This document shows, one piece after another, positions 9,266 through 20,691 of a stretch of 64,000 nucleotides of DNA. The stretch lies in assembly GCA_963788655.1 (NCBI GenBank), contig CAWBHS010000072.1, forward strand, positions 192,001 to 256,000, in the 5' to 3' direction. A program made the position numbers and the translations under genes. Numbering within the stretch: the stretch's first letter is position 1; the number at the start of each line of letters is the position of its first letter. The notes under the pieces were generated by a model. It saw only the letters and a list, made by a program, of their open reading frames with translations. It searched no databases and had not been told where the DNA came from. The DNA comes from an uncultured Verrucomicrobiae bacterium (GTDB taxonomy: Bacteria; Verrucomicrobiota; Verrucomicrobiia; Limisphaerales; JAFGQR01).

Positions 9266-10030
9266 TTACTTGGGCCTCAAGGGATTGTCAATGGGAACCT
9301 GAAATTCTATTGGCCGAGTCCGAGTTCCACGCAGAAAGCGCAACCGCTTGGCCGGACCGAACCGCTCAATTGCGTAGCGGAGCATGGTTCGCGGCATTTT
9401 CGTTCCATATTGTTTAAGAAATGTTTCGAGGGTATTGGCATCGCGTTTGCCCACTTCGCGGAGCATCCAACCCGCCGCCTTGTGGATCAGATCCTCCGGA
9501 TCATCGAGCAGTTGCGCCGCCAATGCCAGGGTGTCCCGAAAGTCTCCCAGCCGGATGAACGCCAACGCGGCCAGCAAGGCGATGCGCCGTTCCCATAAAC
9601 TCGGAGATTTCGCCAGCCGATACAGCCAGTGCCTTTTTTTATCTACCAACCAAACACCCACGATCCGCGGAGCGGACAAGTCCACCAGATCCCAGTTGTT
9701 TACCCAGCGGGTGTTTTTCAAATACAGGTGAAAGAGCCTTTGGCGGGTCGCGCGGTCACCGTGTTCGAAACGATGCACCAGAATCAGCAGAGCGACCAGG
9801 CGTTCTTCGTGAATCTCGGAACGCAGCAGTCGCTGGATTTGGGTTACGGGCAAGGTGTCGAACTGCCGTGCTACCTGGCGCTGTTGCGGAACCATCACTC
9901 CCAGGAACCGGTCGCCTTCGGCATATTCACCGGGACCGGTTTTGAAGAACCGCTGCAATGCCTGGGCTTTGGCCGGATTGGCCAGGGCAACCAGCGCGGC
10001 GCGGACTTGTTGAACGGTTGCGGATGGCAT
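9266..10030 (-). CDS. DNA alkylation repair protein (AlkD-like)
   Basis: [54 protein letters not shown]. Confidence 0.9.
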   Translation of the reverse strand: MPSATVQQVRAALVALANPAKAQALQRFFKTGPGEYAEGDRFLGVMVPQQRQVARQFDTLPVTQIQRLLRSEIHEERLVALLILVHRFEHGDRATRQRLFHLYLKNTRWVNNWDLVDLSAPRIVGVWLVDKKRHWLYRLAKSPSLWERRIALLAALAFIRLGDFRDTLALAAQLLDDPEDLIHKAAGWMLREVGKRDANTLETFLKQYGTKMPRTMLRYAIERFGPAKRLRFLRGTRTRPIEFQVPIDNPLRPK

Positions 10031-10258
10031 AAAGCTCTACCAAGAGTGGGCCGATTGGCCGGGCGGCGTCAACTGTCAGAAGAACTGGGTGAGTTCGACT
10101 TTGGCCGGGCGAAAATCGTTCTGGCGTACGGAAAGACTCTGAACATACGGATTATTTCGGAACCGGGAATTGTCCATAGAGGATGCCCTCGGTCATCTTG
10201 GTTCATTGATTTCGGCATTTTCAAATGGGAACCGGTGCGTTACGTTGCCGCCGCATTT

Positions 10259-10831
10259 ATGGTTTTGGTCATCGATAATTACGATTCGTTCACCTACAAT
10301 CTCGTGCAGTATCTGGGCGAGATGAAGGTGGAGATGCAGGTGCATCGCAATGACCAGATCACCTGGACCAAATTCGCGCGCTGCAACCGGAGCGTATCCT
10401 GATTTCCCCCGGTCCCTGTTCGCCGCGCGAGTCCGGGTTGTCCAATGAAATCATCCGCACCTTTGGACCGCGAAATTCCGCTGTTCGGCGTTTGCCTGGG
10501 GCACCAGTGCATCGGCCACACGTTTGGCGCGAACGTGATCGTGAATTACCGCATGATGCACGGCAAGATGTCGCCCATCCAGCACAACGGGAACGACTTG
10601 TTCGAGGGCATGCCCAATCCATTTTCGGCGACCCGCTACCACTCGCTGGTCATCAAGCGGGACACGCTGCCCGACTGCCTCGAAGTCACCGCCGAAACGG
10701 AGGAAGGCGAAATCATGGGGGTGAAGCACAAGGAACTGCCGATCTGGGGCGTGCAGTTCCATCCGGAAAGCATTTTGACCGAACACGGCCGCACGCTGGT
10801 TGGCAATTTTCTCAAGTTGGGTAAAGGCTGA
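10259..10831 (+). CDS. trpG: Anthranilate/aminodeoxychorismate synthase component II (glutamine amidotransferase), two compensating frameshifts
   Basis: [28 protein letters not shown] in a shifted frame; GVCLGHQ and GVQFHPES. A 1-base deletion near 10362 and a 1-base insertion near 10472 restore the frame; probable sequencing errors. Confidence 0.85.
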
Positions 10832-11074
10832 GGAGTTCTCCGGCCAGCCGAAACCTGTGGAGGAGCAACCGGGAAGGACTCTGGCAAAACGAAGTCCGAA
10901 ATCCGAAATGCTGCGGCTGGGTTGAGTTTGAAGAGCGGTGTATTTAAACGGAAACTGCTTCAGGCTTCCGGCTTTAGTATCAGTTCGTCCGCCGGATCAC
11001 ACGCGCCGGAAACATGCTTGGCTTTGCGGGTTGATCGGGGGACACTTCACTGAAAGTGGACGCAATAGAATACG

Positions 11075-13168
11075 ATGCAAGCAAAGCTCCCGCTCACGGC
11101 GCGCGCCATTACCTTGGCCGCGATTTACCTGCTCACTTCGCTAACCGGCTTCGCCGACCAAGGCATGTGGCTGTTTAACGATCCGCCGCGCCAGTTGCTG
11201 GAAGAACGCTACGGCTTCAAGCCGACGCCGGCCTGGCTCGAACACCTGCAAAAATCGTCCATCCGCTTTAACAATGGTGGGTCTGGCTCGTTTGTCTCCG
11301 AGGACGGGTTGATCATCTCGAATCACCACGTGGGCGCGGATGCCCTGCAAAAGTTCAGCGACGCCGAACACGATTACTTGCGTAACGGTTTCTACGCCCG
11401 GACCCGCGCCGACGAGAAACGGTGTTTGGATCTCGAATTGAACGTCCTGATCAGCATCGAAGATGTCACGGCGCGTGTGAATGCTGCCGTCAAACCCGGC
11501 CTGCCGGCGGCGGAAGCGTTTGCGGCACGACGGTCGGTAATCGCCGCCATTGAGAAGGAATCGTTCGAACAGACCGGGCTGCGCAGCGATGTCATTACGT
11601 TGTATCAGGGCGGCAAGTACCAGCTCTATCGCTACCAGCGTTACACCGACGTGCGTTTGGTGTTCGCGCCGGAACAACAGACGGCCTTCTTTGGCGGCGA
11701 CCCGGATAATTTCGAGTATCCGCGCTACGACTTGGACATTTGCCTGTTCCGTGCCTATGAGAACGGCCAACCCGCCAAACTCAAGAATTACCTGAAATGG
11801 AGCACCAAAGGAGTCAGCGATGGGGAATTGGTGTTTGTCTCGGGAAATCCGGGCCACACCAGTCGGGAATTGACCATGGACGAACTGCGGTATTTGCGCG
11901 ACCAGCGCTTCCCGTTCGCGCTCGAACGATTGTATCGCTCCGAAGTATTGCTCAACGCCTTCAGCGAACGCACCGAGGAAAATGCCCGGCGCGCCAAAGA
12001 CCGGCTTTTTGGCGTGCAGAACAGTCGCAAGGCCCTCGGCGGCATGCTGGCGGGTTTGCTCGATCCGCAGTTGATGGGAGAAAAGCAAGCGGCCGAAAAC
12101 CGGCTGCGCGAAAGCATCGCGGCCAGTCCGCGGTGGAAGGACACTTTATCTGCCTGGGACCGCATCTCCCAGGCCCAGGCCGTCATCGCACAACACCGGG
12201 TGGAGTATTCACTGCTGGAAGGCGCCCAGGGATTCGATTCCACGCTCTTCCACGTTGCCCGCACCCTCCTGCGGTGGGCGGAAGAAAAGACCAAGCCCAA
12301 CGGCGAACGTCTCCGTGAATTCCGCGAATCGCACCTCCCATCGCTCGAACTGCAGTTGTTTTCTGCCGAACCAATTTATAACGATTTCGAAGAGGTCAAA
12401 TTGACGGATAGTCTGACGTGGCTCATCGAGCAAATGGGCTACACGAACGCGCTGGTGCAAACGGTGCTCGCCGGCAAATCGCCTCACGAACGGGCGGTGG
12501 AATTGATCAGTGGAACGAAGGTCAAAGCGATCGCCTTTCGCAAAAAGCTGTTCGGTGAAACGCCTGCGCAAGTTGAAGCCGCCCACGACCCGATGATTGA
12601 ACTGGCGCAGTTGATCGATGCCGAAGCCCGCCGTTTGCGCACCATCGTGGAGACTCAAGACGAGGTCAAGCAACAGGCGTATGCGCGAATTGCCAAAGCC
12701 AGATTCGCGCTGGCGAAGGGCCCGACTTATCCCGATGCCACGTTTACGCTGCGGCTGGCTTTTGGAGTTGTGAAAGGCTATGAGGAGGATGGCCAACCTA
12801 TCCCATTCGAAACCACGTTCGCGGGCCTCTACGAACGGGCGGCGGCGCACGAGGGTCAACCACCATTCAATCTACCGCCGCGTTGGATCGAGCGTAAAAA
12901 CAAGTTGAACTTGAGCACGCCACTGAACTTCGTTTCCACGGCCGACATCATCGGCGGCAACTCCGGCAGCCCGGTCGTCAACCGCGAGGCAGAATTCGTG
13001 GGCATTATCTTCGATGGCAACATCCAGTCGCTGGTGCTGGACTTCCTCTACACCGACAAACAGGCCCGGGCCGTATCGGTCAATTGCCAGGCCATCCTCG
13101 AGGCGCTGCGACAGGTTTATGACGTCCCGGCACTGGCCGACGAACTGATCACGGGAAAAGCACCTTGA
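11075..13168 (+). CDS. S46 family dipeptidyl peptidase (DPP7/DPP11-like)
   Basis: Signal peptide, DQGMW, SNHHV, FGGDPDNFEYPR, YPDATFTLRL, DIIGGNSGSP. Confidence 0.93.
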   Translation: MQAKLPLTARAITLAAIYLLTSLTGFADQGMWLFNDPPRQLLEERYGFKPTPAWLEHLQKSSIRFNNGGSGSFVSEDGLIISNHHVGADALQKFSDAEHDYLRNGFYARTRADEKRCLDLELNVLISIEDVTARVNAAVKPGLPAAEAFAARRSVIAAIEKESFEQTGLRSDVITLYQGGKYQLYRYQRYTDVRLVFAPEQQTAFFGGDPDNFEYPRYDLDICLFRAYENGQPAKLKNYLKWSTKGVSDGELVFVSGNPGHTSRELTMDELRYLRDQRFPFALERLYRSEVLLNAFSERTEENARRAKDRLFGVQNSRKALGGMLAGLLDPQLMGEKQAAENRLRESIAASPRWKDTLSAWDRISQAQAVIAQHRVEYSLLEGAQGFDSTLFHVARTLLRWAEEKTKPNGERLREFRESHLPSLELQLFSAEPIYNDFEEVKLTDSLTWLIEQMGYTNALVQTVLAGKSPHERAVELISGTKVKAIAFRKKLFGETPAQVEAAHDPMIELAQLIDAEARRLRTIVETQDEVKQQAYARIAKARFALAKGPTYPDATFTLRLAFGVVKGYEEDGQPIPFETTFAGLYERAAAHEGQPPFNLPPRWIERKNKLNLSTPLNFVSTADIIGGNSGSPVVNREAEFVGIIFDGNIQSLVLDFLYTDKQARAVSVNCQAILEALRQVYDVPALADELITGKAP

Positions 13169-13355
13169 CCAGTAGCGGACGACCAACGACCAACGACCAA
13201 GGGGCAATCTTGCCCCCTGAAATGGGAAGAAGCGCGTCCGTTCTCTGCCCTGGCAATGTCCGTACGATCCAAGCCGGTGCTCCTGAAATGTCCGTTCGCC
13301 ACCGGGCAAAAAGTCCTTGAATTCCTGGGGCTGGACTTCAAGCATCCCCGGCACA

Positions 13356-14618
13356 ATGAAAACTCGACTGCCTTTGCTTTTGGTCCTGGCCATTGCTCCG
13401 GAGCTTATCGTTCTTAATGCGGCTGAGACGATTTTTGTCAAGGGGCGCGACCTCCAGGAAATCGTGGACAGCGCTCCCACCAACGCCGTGGTCCAGTGCG
13501 ATCCCAATCAAACCTTAACGTTGTCCGTGCCGGTGACCATCCGCAAACCGCTGACGCTGGTCGGACTCAACGCGCGGCTGCCGGAGAAACTGGGCAAGAC
13601 GCCGCTGATCATCATCGAAGCCAAAGGCGTCGCGGTGACGGATTTCGAATTGACCGGCAACGGCGATTCGGTCGATCAAAAAGAGCGTGCCCCGCTGGTG
13701 GTGATTCACGCCGGGGATTTTCGGGTGGAACGAGGGCGCGTGAACAACAGTTCCAAGGACGGCCTCATGATCGAAGGGGACGGCCCCCTGGACGAAGACC
13801 TTGTTGGCGGTGTGGTGCGGGACATTGTTGGTCATAACATTATTCGCGACGTGGTGTCCATCAGCGGCAGTGACGGTCATGGCCGGTTGATCCGCAATGT
13901 GCTCGTGGATAATGTCCGCGGTTACGACAGCGCGTTGCGCGGGGCGGTCGAAGTCAGTGACGGCACCGATAACATCACCGTCCGCAAAGTCTATGCGGAA
14001 GGCAGTCTCTATGCCGTCGATGTGCAGGACCACAAGCAACCGGGACAGCGCAATCGGAATGTGGTGGTTCAGGACGTGTTTGCGGTGCGTTGCAAACACG
14101 CCTTGCGCACGGCCAACTCGCGGCGCGGACACGCCAATCTCACCGTGCGCGACCTCACGGCCCAGGATTGTACGCAGCCCGTGCAAATCTCCCACACGGC
14201 CAACGTCACGCTGGAAAACGTGCGCGTCCTGGATCATTCCAGCGATAAACCGGCGATTCAGCTCCAGGATTGCCACGGGGCTTTCGTCCGCGATGTCCTG
14301 GTGGAAAATATCCAGGGCAAAGGTCCGGCCCTGCTCTTCGAGAATTGCGACGATACTCTCGTGGACGGATTCTTTCTGCGCGGAAAGACCAACCACGTGG
14401 CGGTAGGGATTTGCTTCCGTTTTACGAAACCGGGAACGTTCGCCGGCCTGCGCATCGGCAACGTATCGGCGCGCGATGTTTCGGAAACGGGCATCCTGCT
14501 CGAGTCCACGGGCAAGGATAAAGGGACACTCACGGATTACTTGATTTCCGGAAATCTGGCACTCGTGGTGGACCGCATTCAAGGCGAGCGGGGCAGGGTA
14601 GTGGATAATCTGCCTTAA
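13356..14618 (+). CDS. Secreted right-handed parallel beta-helix protein (pectin-lyase-like fold)
   Basis: Signal peptide MKTRLPLLLVLAIA; recurring NVLVDNV / NITVRKV / NVVVQDV / NLTVRDL / NVTLENV coils. Confidence 0.75.
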   Translation: MKTRLPLLLVLAIAPELIVLNAAETIFVKGRDLQEIVDSAPTNAVVQCDPNQTLTLSVPVTIRKPLTLVGLNARLPEKLGKTPLIIIEAKGVAVTDFELTGNGDSVDQKERAPLVVIHAGDFRVERGRVNNSSKDGLMIEGDGPLDEDLVGGVVRDIVGHNIIRDVVSISGSDGHGRLIRNVLVDNVRGYDSALRGAVEVSDGTDNITVRKVYAEGSLYAVDVQDHKQPGQRNRNVVVQDVFAVRCKHALRTANSRRGHANLTVRDLTAQDCTQPVQISHTANVTLENVRVLDHSSDKPAIQLQDCHGAFVRDVLVENIQGKGPALLFENCDDTLVDGFFLRGKTNHVAVGICFRFTKPGTFAGLRIGNVSARDVSETGILLESTGKDKGTLTDYLISGNLALVVDRIQGERGRVVDNLP

Positions 14619-14634
14619 GAACCGTGCCAGGAAG

Positions 14635-14726
14635 CTCGTAGGAGCCGACGTGAGGAGGCTCATTCTTGTCGTGAGCAGTTCGGTTTTCTAGTGAAATTTG
14701 AGCCTCCTTACGTCGGCTGCTACGAG
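14635..14726. repeat. REP-like palindrome family A (GTAGCAGCCGACGTGAGGAGGCTC...GAGCCTCCTCACGTCGGCTGCTAC)
   Basis: Inverted arms of ~25 bp. Other copies at 27355-27379 (one arm), 31862-31948, 37585-37670 and 47021-47091. Confidence 0.85.
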
Positions 14727-14828
14727 GTAGTTCGAATATTGAAACAGGCTCCACGGCAGACGCGCGTCAAACGGGGTTAAGCCACAGTCCGGTTCAGTCA
14801 AGGTTGGCCAGGAATTGGGCGAAAGCGT

Positions 14829-15416
14829 ATGCTTCCCGGCGTGCTGACCACCCGACAGCTTGTGACGGCTTATTGCCATGGCCTCTTTCCCATGGCCGTG
14901 GACAAGCGAGGGACCATTGGATGGTTCTCCCCAGACCCGCGGGCATTGATCCCGTTGGATGACCGGTTCCACCTCCCGCACGGCTTGAAGCGTACGCTGA
15001 AAAAGCAGCCTTTTGAAATCACGTTTGACCAGGAGTTTCCAGGAGTGATCCGGGCCTGCTCGAAAGTTCATGGTGAAACGTGGATCTCGCCCCAAATCCT
15101 CCGCAGTTATTCGCAGTTGCACACGGATGGTTTTGCCCACAGCGTCGAGATCCGCCGCGAAGGACAGTTGGTGGGGGGGCTCTACGGCGTTCACATTCGA
15201 GGGGCGTTCTTTGGGGAAAGCATGTTTCATCGGGCCACCGATGCTTCCAAGGTCGCGTTGGTCGCCCTCGTGGAACGGTTGCGCACGCGGGGCTTTGTGC
15301 TGCTGGACACTCAATGGACTACGCCGCATCTCCTCCAGTTCGGCGCCTACGAAATTCCTCGCGATCAATATCTGGAGCTGCTCGACCAGGCGCTGGTGGT
15401 GGACTGTGAATTCTGA
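14829..15416 (+). CDS. aat: Leucyl/phenylalanyl-tRNA--protein transferase
   Basis: AYCHGLFPM, WFSPDPRA, AHSVE, LVGGLYGV, FFGESMF, DASKVAL, LLDTQW. Confidence 0.95.
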   Translation: MLPGVLTTRQLVTAYCHGLFPMAVDKRGTIGWFSPDPRALIPLDDRFHLPHGLKRTLKKQPFEITFDQEFPGVIRACSKVHGETWISPQILRSYSQLHTDGFAHSVEIRREGQLVGGLYGVHIRGAFFGESMFHRATDASKVALVALVERLRTRGFVLLDTQWTTPHLLQFGAYEIPRDQYLELLDQALVVDCEF

Positions 15417-15532
15417 CCAGCCAAAGATTTTCCTCTGTTCGGCAATATGTTGATGGAAGGGCTGCGAGAAAGTCAGGGCTCGACAGAGTCTCGCCCTGCT
15501 TCGATTGGGGGGCAACTCGACCGCACCGCGGT

Positions 15533-16213
15533 TTATCGCGCGTTCAACAACAATTCGATCAGGGGAAGATCATCCGACACGGTGACCTTGGGATTGGGCG
15601 AGATGCTTTCCACCAAGCGCACGGGTTGCCCGATCAATTCGCAGGCCGCGGTATCGTCCGTGACCAACATCGCCTGCTCACGCACCGCGGCCAACGCGCG
15701 TTTGATGACGCTGACGCGAAAGGTCTGCGGCGTTTGCACCGCCCACAAGCAGGAACGATCCAGATGCCGGGCGATTGATTTGCCATCCGCCGATTCCTTG
15801 ATCGTGTCAGTCACTCGCTGTGCTGCCACGGCCGCTCCGACCTCGCGCGCGGCGCTGATGGTGGCTTCGATCAAGACCGGGGAGGTGCAGGGACGCGCGG
15901 CATCCTGAATGGCGACGATTTCTGCTCGCGGATTCAAAGCCTGCAATCCGTTCCAGACGGAATCCTGTCGTTCCTTCCCGCCGGCCACCAGTGTAAATGG
16001 TTTGCGCGGCCTGATGGTTCCCGCCAAATCGTGAAAGGCCTCTTCCATACCAGCGCGCACGACCAGCACGATCTCATCGATGCCAGGCGTGGCGTCCCAC
16101 CGTTGCCACGTGTGGGCAACGACGGGTAGGCCCGCCAACTCCAGGAACAGCTTGTCCACGTTGGGCCCCATGCGCGTACCCTTGCCGGCCGCCACGATTA
16201 CCGCTGAAATCAT
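15533..16213 (-). CDS. ispD: 2-C-methyl-D-erythritol 4-phosphate cytidylyltransferase
   Basis: MISAVIVAAGKGTRMG, GGKERQDSV, DAARP, VQTPQTF, TDD, NPKVT. Confidence 0.95.
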   Translation of the reverse strand: MISAVIVAAGKGTRMGPNVDKLFLELAGLPVVAHTWQRWDATPGIDEIVLVVRAGMEEAFHDLAGTIRPRKPFTLVAGGKERQDSVWNGLQALNPRAEIVAIQDAARPCTSPVLIEATISAAREVGAAVAAQRVTDTIKESADGKSIARHLDRSCLWAVQTPQTFRVSVIKRALAAVREQAMLVTDDTAACELIGQPVRLVESISPNPKVTVSDDLPLIELLLNAR

Positions 16214-16269
16214 GGGCGAAGTGTTGACGGGGACCACCGTGGTTTCGAGTCAAAAATGAAGCAGGAGCG

Positions 16270-16671
16270 CTATTCCCAAAGCCTGTCGTTGCGGTGCAGT
16301 TCTTTCAGCAACTGCGTGTCGGCCTCCGGGAACTCGTAATCGCCCAGTTCCTTCCGAGCCACCCAACGAAACGCCGGGCACTCGAGGGTTTGCGGTTCGC
16401 CGCGCTCGAGGCAGCAGCGGTAGAATTGCAGGTGAACCCGCTTTCCGGGGTAATCGTGCGTCACGATTTGCACCAATTCGCAGACTTCGACGTTGATGCC
16501 CAATTCTTCGTTGAGCTCGCGGCGCAAGCATTCCTCAAAGCTTTCGCGCGGCTCACGTTTACCGCCGGGAAACTCCCACAAGCCGCCCAAGTGCGAGTGG
16601 GCGTACCGCTGGGTCAACAGCACTTTGCCATCGCGAAAGATCAGGCCGGCGGCAACGTCGATGGTTGGCAC
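16270..16671 (-). CDS. mutT: 8-oxo-dGTP diphosphatase (Nudix)
   Basis: HLGGLWEFPGGKREPRESFEECLRRELNEELG Nudix box; FPEAD. Confidence 0.88.
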   Translation of the reverse strand: MPTIDVAAGLIFRDGKVLLTQRYAHSHLGGLWEFPGGKREPRESFEECLRRELNEELGINVEVCELVQIVTHDYPGKRVHLQFYRCCLERGEPQTLECPAFRWVARKELGDYEFPEADTQLLKELHRNDRLWE

Positions 16672-16754
16672 GGGGGGTGATGGTGAATGGGTGAGAAGTT
16701 AACGGATTGAAGAGTTGGAGCGGAATGGTCGCGAAGCAAGAACGAGTGCGGTGG

Positions 16755-18044
16755 TCAGCGGCCGATGCTTTTGTAGATGAAGCCCAGTTTTTCCATTTCG
16801 GCCGGGTCAAACAAATTGCGTCCATCGAAGAGGATCGGATGGGTCAGGGCATGGCGCGCCCGGTCGAGATCCAGCTTCTTGAACTGTGGCCATTCGGTGG
16901 CGACCACCAACGCGTCACAGCCTTCGGCCACGTCATTCATGTCCTCGACGTAGGTCACGTCGGGCAGCACGGCTTTGGCTTTCTCCATCGCTTTGGGATC
17001 GTGGACCCGCAACTCGGCGCCTTCCTTGAGCAACCGCTGGCAGAGATCGATGGCGGGCGACATGCGCACGTCGTCGGTGTTTTGTTTGAAGGCCAGGCCC
17101 AGCACCCCGATCTTCTTTTCTTTGAGCACCCAGAGCGTCTCGGAGATCTTTTTGACGAACCGGTCCATTTGGTCGGCGTTGATCTGCTGCACTTCCTTGA
17201 GCAGCCGGAAGTCATAGCCCAGTTGCTCGGAGATCTTGATGAACGCGCTCAGGTCCTTGGGAAAGCAACTGCCGCCGAAGCCCAACCCGGCATCCAGGAA
17301 ACGCCGGCCAATGCGAACGTCCATGCCCACGCCATTGGCCACTTCCTGCACGTTCGCGCCGCTGGCTTCGCAGATCAGCGACAGGGCGTTGGCGTAGGAG
17401 ATTTTCAGGGCGAGGAACGAGTTGGCCGCATGCTTGATGAGTTCCGCCGAATTGATGTCCGTGATGATGATGGGCGCGTTGTATGGGGCATACACGGCCT
17501 GCATGGTTTTCACGGGCCGGGGTGACCGGACGCCAATGACCACACGATCCGGCTTCATGAAATCGTCCACCGCGAAGCCTTCGCGCAAAAACTCCGGGTT
17601 GCTGACCACGTCGAATTCCACCTTGGCCGTGCAGTAGCGCTTGATCGTTTCCGTCACTTTGTCGCCCGTCTTGACCGGCACGGTGCTTTTGTCCACGACG
17701 ATCTTGTAGCTGGTCATGGATTCGGCGATTTCGCGCGCCACCTTTTCGATGAAGCTCAGATCGACCGAACCGTCGGCCTGCGGCGGAGTGGGCACGGCGA
17801 TGAAAATGATGTCGGATTGTTGCACGCCCTCCGGCGTGGACGTGGTAAACCGCAGCCGGCCTTCGGTCACGTTCTTCCGGACCAGATCTTCCAGGCCCGG
17901 TTCGTAGATGGGCATCCCGCCCGCCTGGAGCACCTTCACCTTTTCCGGGTCGTTGTCCACGCAGATCACCTGGTGGCCGACCTCGGCAAAACACGTGCCG
18001 GTAACCAATCCCACGTAGCCCGTTCCGATAATTGTCAGCTTCAT
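16755..18044 (-). CDS. ugd: UDP-glucose 6-dehydrogenase
   Basis: GTGYVGL, KSTVPV, SNPEFLREG, GFGGSCFPKD, FDGRN. Confidence 0.93.
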   Translation of the reverse strand: MKLTIIGTGYVGLVTGTCFAEVGHQVICVDNDPEKVKVLQAGGMPIYEPGLEDLVRKNVTEGRLRFTTSTPEGVQQSDIIFIAVPTPPQADGSVDLSFIEKVAREIAESMTSYKIVVDKSTVPVKTGDKVTETIKRYCTAKVEFDVVSNPEFLREGFAVDDFMKPDRVVIGVRSPRPVKTMQAVYAPYNAPIIITDINSAELIKHAANSFLALKISYANALSLICEASGANVQEVANGVGMDVRIGRRFLDAGLGFGGSCFPKDLSAFIKISEQLGYDFRLLKEVQQINADQMDRFVKKISETLWVLKEKKIGVLGLAFKQNTDDVRMSPAIDLCQRLLKEGAELRVHDPKAMEKAKAVLPDVTYVEDMNDVAEGCDALVVATEWPQFKKLDLDRARHALTHPILFDGRNLFDPAEMEKLGFIYKSIGR

Positions 18045-18132
18045 GGCAAAATGCTTAGCAAAGACTGGACCGCCTTGGCGGTCGCCTGAACTGCCCCCTC
18101 GCTTCCATGCTGGCCGTCTTCCGATCCAACTG

Positions 18133-19138
18133 CTACTTGGCAGCCGGCGCGGGAGCGTTGCTGGGAGCGGGCGTTTTGGCTGGTGATCCAGCGTTCGTGA
18201 CCGCCGCCTTCGGCACGTTGGTCAGAATGCTTTTGAGGGCATTGGTGGCCAGCGGCTTTAGCGGTGGCACCGAAAGCATGTTGACGTTCGTGCCAGCCCC
18301 ATTGGTGGCCGGGAGCGTCGGTGCTTTCACGTTGGTACCCTTGAGCAGATTAGTGGTTGGCGAGATGAGCGCCCGATTGGTCGAAGGTTTGATCTGAATG
18401 TTGGTGGCGGTCTTTAACAAGTTGGTCAGCGCGGCATTCGAAATCGCCGGGGCGTTGGTGGTTTTGGCCAGGTCGGGGTGCTTGCGCAAAAGTGCTTCCT
18501 GTCGGGCATTCGCCTCGGCGCCCGAACTGGTGTAAGCCGCATTGCCGGCGGACAGCATGCTCTTGTAGATTTCGTAGGCCTGTTCGGGCTTGTCCTGCCG
18601 TTCGTAGAGGCGGGCCATGCCCAATTGGACTTCGCTGGCAAACGCGTCGTTGGGATAGAGCTTGTGCAGTTTTTCAAACTCGGCGAGCGCTTCCGCAGTC
18701 TTGTTCTGCGCTTCGAGTGTGGCCGCGCGGCCAAACTGCGCTTCGGGCAGCCACGGGCTTTCGGGATAATCCTTTTCGAAGCGGGCGAACAATGCCTCCG
18801 CCTCCGCGACTTTGCCTTCCACGTACCCGCGCACCGGCCGCCTCGAGCAAAGCGCGGGCCGCGGCTTGGGTGCCGGGAAATTCCTGTTCGACCTTTAACA
18901 AGGCTTCGACGGTGCCCGGGGGCGGCACCTTGCCGGGAGGCATGGGCATGTCCACATTGGACAGCGCCGCACTGGCGCGAACTTCCTTTTGCTGTTGCTG
19001 GTAAATAATTCCCGCAATGGCGAGTATAACCACGAGCGTCCCGCCGCCATAAATGGCCGCGCGCTTCTTGTTTTTGTATAACCAATCAAGCCATTTCAGC
19101 CATTCGGCCGATGTCGTATTACCAGTCTCAGATGCCAT
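18133..19138 (-). CDS. Membrane-anchored TPR protein (YfgM-like) with TN-rich low-complexity tail; frameshift near 18826
   Basis: MASETG...WLYKNKKRAAIYGGGTLVVILAIAGII TM segment in one ORF. It continues as YVEGKVAEAEALFARFEKDYPES TPRs in the other ORF after one extra G. Confidence 0.75.
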
Positions 19139-19442
19139 ATAAAGCGGCAAATGTCCCGATCCACCCAGCAAAACGCAAGCCTGAAATCGGATTTGTGCAG
19201 TTTTGATCCGGTTTGCTTGCGGTAAACGCAGAGCAAGGTGAAGCTTGGCCGAGTCCTAAACGGATGCGCCCAGCAATCTCATTATGGCCTGTCGATCCCC
19301 GCCGGGTGAGGGCACAATCTGTTCCATAATGAGAATTGCTGGGATACGCCGCCCTTGGCTTGCATCCGTTCGTCTGCTTCGTTACTGTCCCCGCCGGAAA
19401 ATTGACGACCTACAACCGGTCAGCACAACTCGATAACGCAAC

Positions 19443-20691
19443 ATGTCGGACCCATACATCCAAAACCTGTTTGCCGAACGCATCGGTGGCAGCCAGTACC
19501 GGCAAGTCAACCGCCATTTATAAGTTCGAAAGAATCAAACGCGCCAAACGGGCCGCCCTGACAGCTCATCCCGGCGCGGAGATTATTGACATGGGCGTGG
19601 GGGAACCGGATGAAATGGCCTTCCCGGAAGTTGTGGACGCCTTGTGTCAGGAGGCGCGCGAACCGGAGAACCGCGGTTACGCCGACAATGGTGACGTAGT
19701 GCTCAAGGAGGCCGCGGCCCGCTATCTGGAACGGGTGTGCGGTGTCCCCGCCATCCGGCCGGAAACCGAAGTGGTCCATTCGATTGGCAGCAAGGCGGCG
19801 TTGTCCATCCTGCCTGCGGCGTTCGTCAATCCGGGCGAAGTCGTGCTGATGACTACGCCGGGTTATCCGGTGTTTGGGACGCACGCCAAATACCTTGGCG
19901 GGAACGTCCACAATCTGCCGTTGACCGCGGTGAACCATTTTTTGCCAGACCTGGATCAAATACCGCCGGACGCGTTGAACCGGGCCAAAGTGTTGGTTCT
20001 CAATTATCCCAATAATCCCACCGGCGCGAGCGCCACACCGGAATTCTTTGCGCGCGTCGTCGAGTTTGCGCGGCAACACCGGTTGATCGTCATCCACGAC
20101 GCCGCGTATGCCGCGTTGGTGTTTGCGGGCAAGCCGTTGAGTTTCCTGGCCACGCCGGGGGCGAAGGAAGTGGGCGTGGAACTGCACTCGTGCAGCAAGA
20201 GCTTTAACATGACTGGCTGGCGTTGCGGTTTCGTGGTGGGCAATGAACTGATCGTCAAGGCTTACGCTGACGTGAAAGACAATACCGATTCCGGGCAGTT
20301 CTTGGCCATTCAACATGCCGGCGCGTATTGCCTGGATCATCCGGAGATTACGGAGCAGATCGCTGCCAAATATTCGCGGCGCATGGACGCGCTCGTGCAA
20401 ACCCTCTGCCAGGCTGGGTTCGCCGCGCGGAAGCCTCGGGGCTCATTCTTTTTGTATGTGCCCGCGCCTCGAGCGGCGGTAAAACCCGACGGAACGCGCG
20501 TCGAGTTCAAAACCGCCGAAGACGCTTCCCAATGGTTGATCACCGAGAAGCTGGTTTCCACTGTGCCCTGGGATGATGCCGGCGCTTACTTGCGATTCAG
20601 TGTCACGTTTGTCGCCAAAGGTCCCGAGGATGAAAAGCGCGTGCTGGGCGAATTGGCATCCCGGCTGGGCGACGTGCGCTTCGAGTTTTAG
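19443..20691 (+). CDS. dapL: LL-diaminopimelate aminotransferase; frameshift near 19500
   Basis: ATG 19443 MSDPYIQNLFAERIGGSQY joins GKSTAIYKFERIKRAK after one extra C. Motifs DMGVGEPD, NYPNNPTGA, DAAY, HSCSKSFNMTGWR, KDNTDSGQF. Confidence 0.85.

Noticed and set aside
10259..19500. Programmed frameshifting or pseudogenisation of trpG, the TPR gene and dapL
   Set aside because: Single-base indels in short homopolymers of conserved, probably essential genes with no slippery-site signature. Similar indels are scattered across the window, so sequencing error is more parsimonious.
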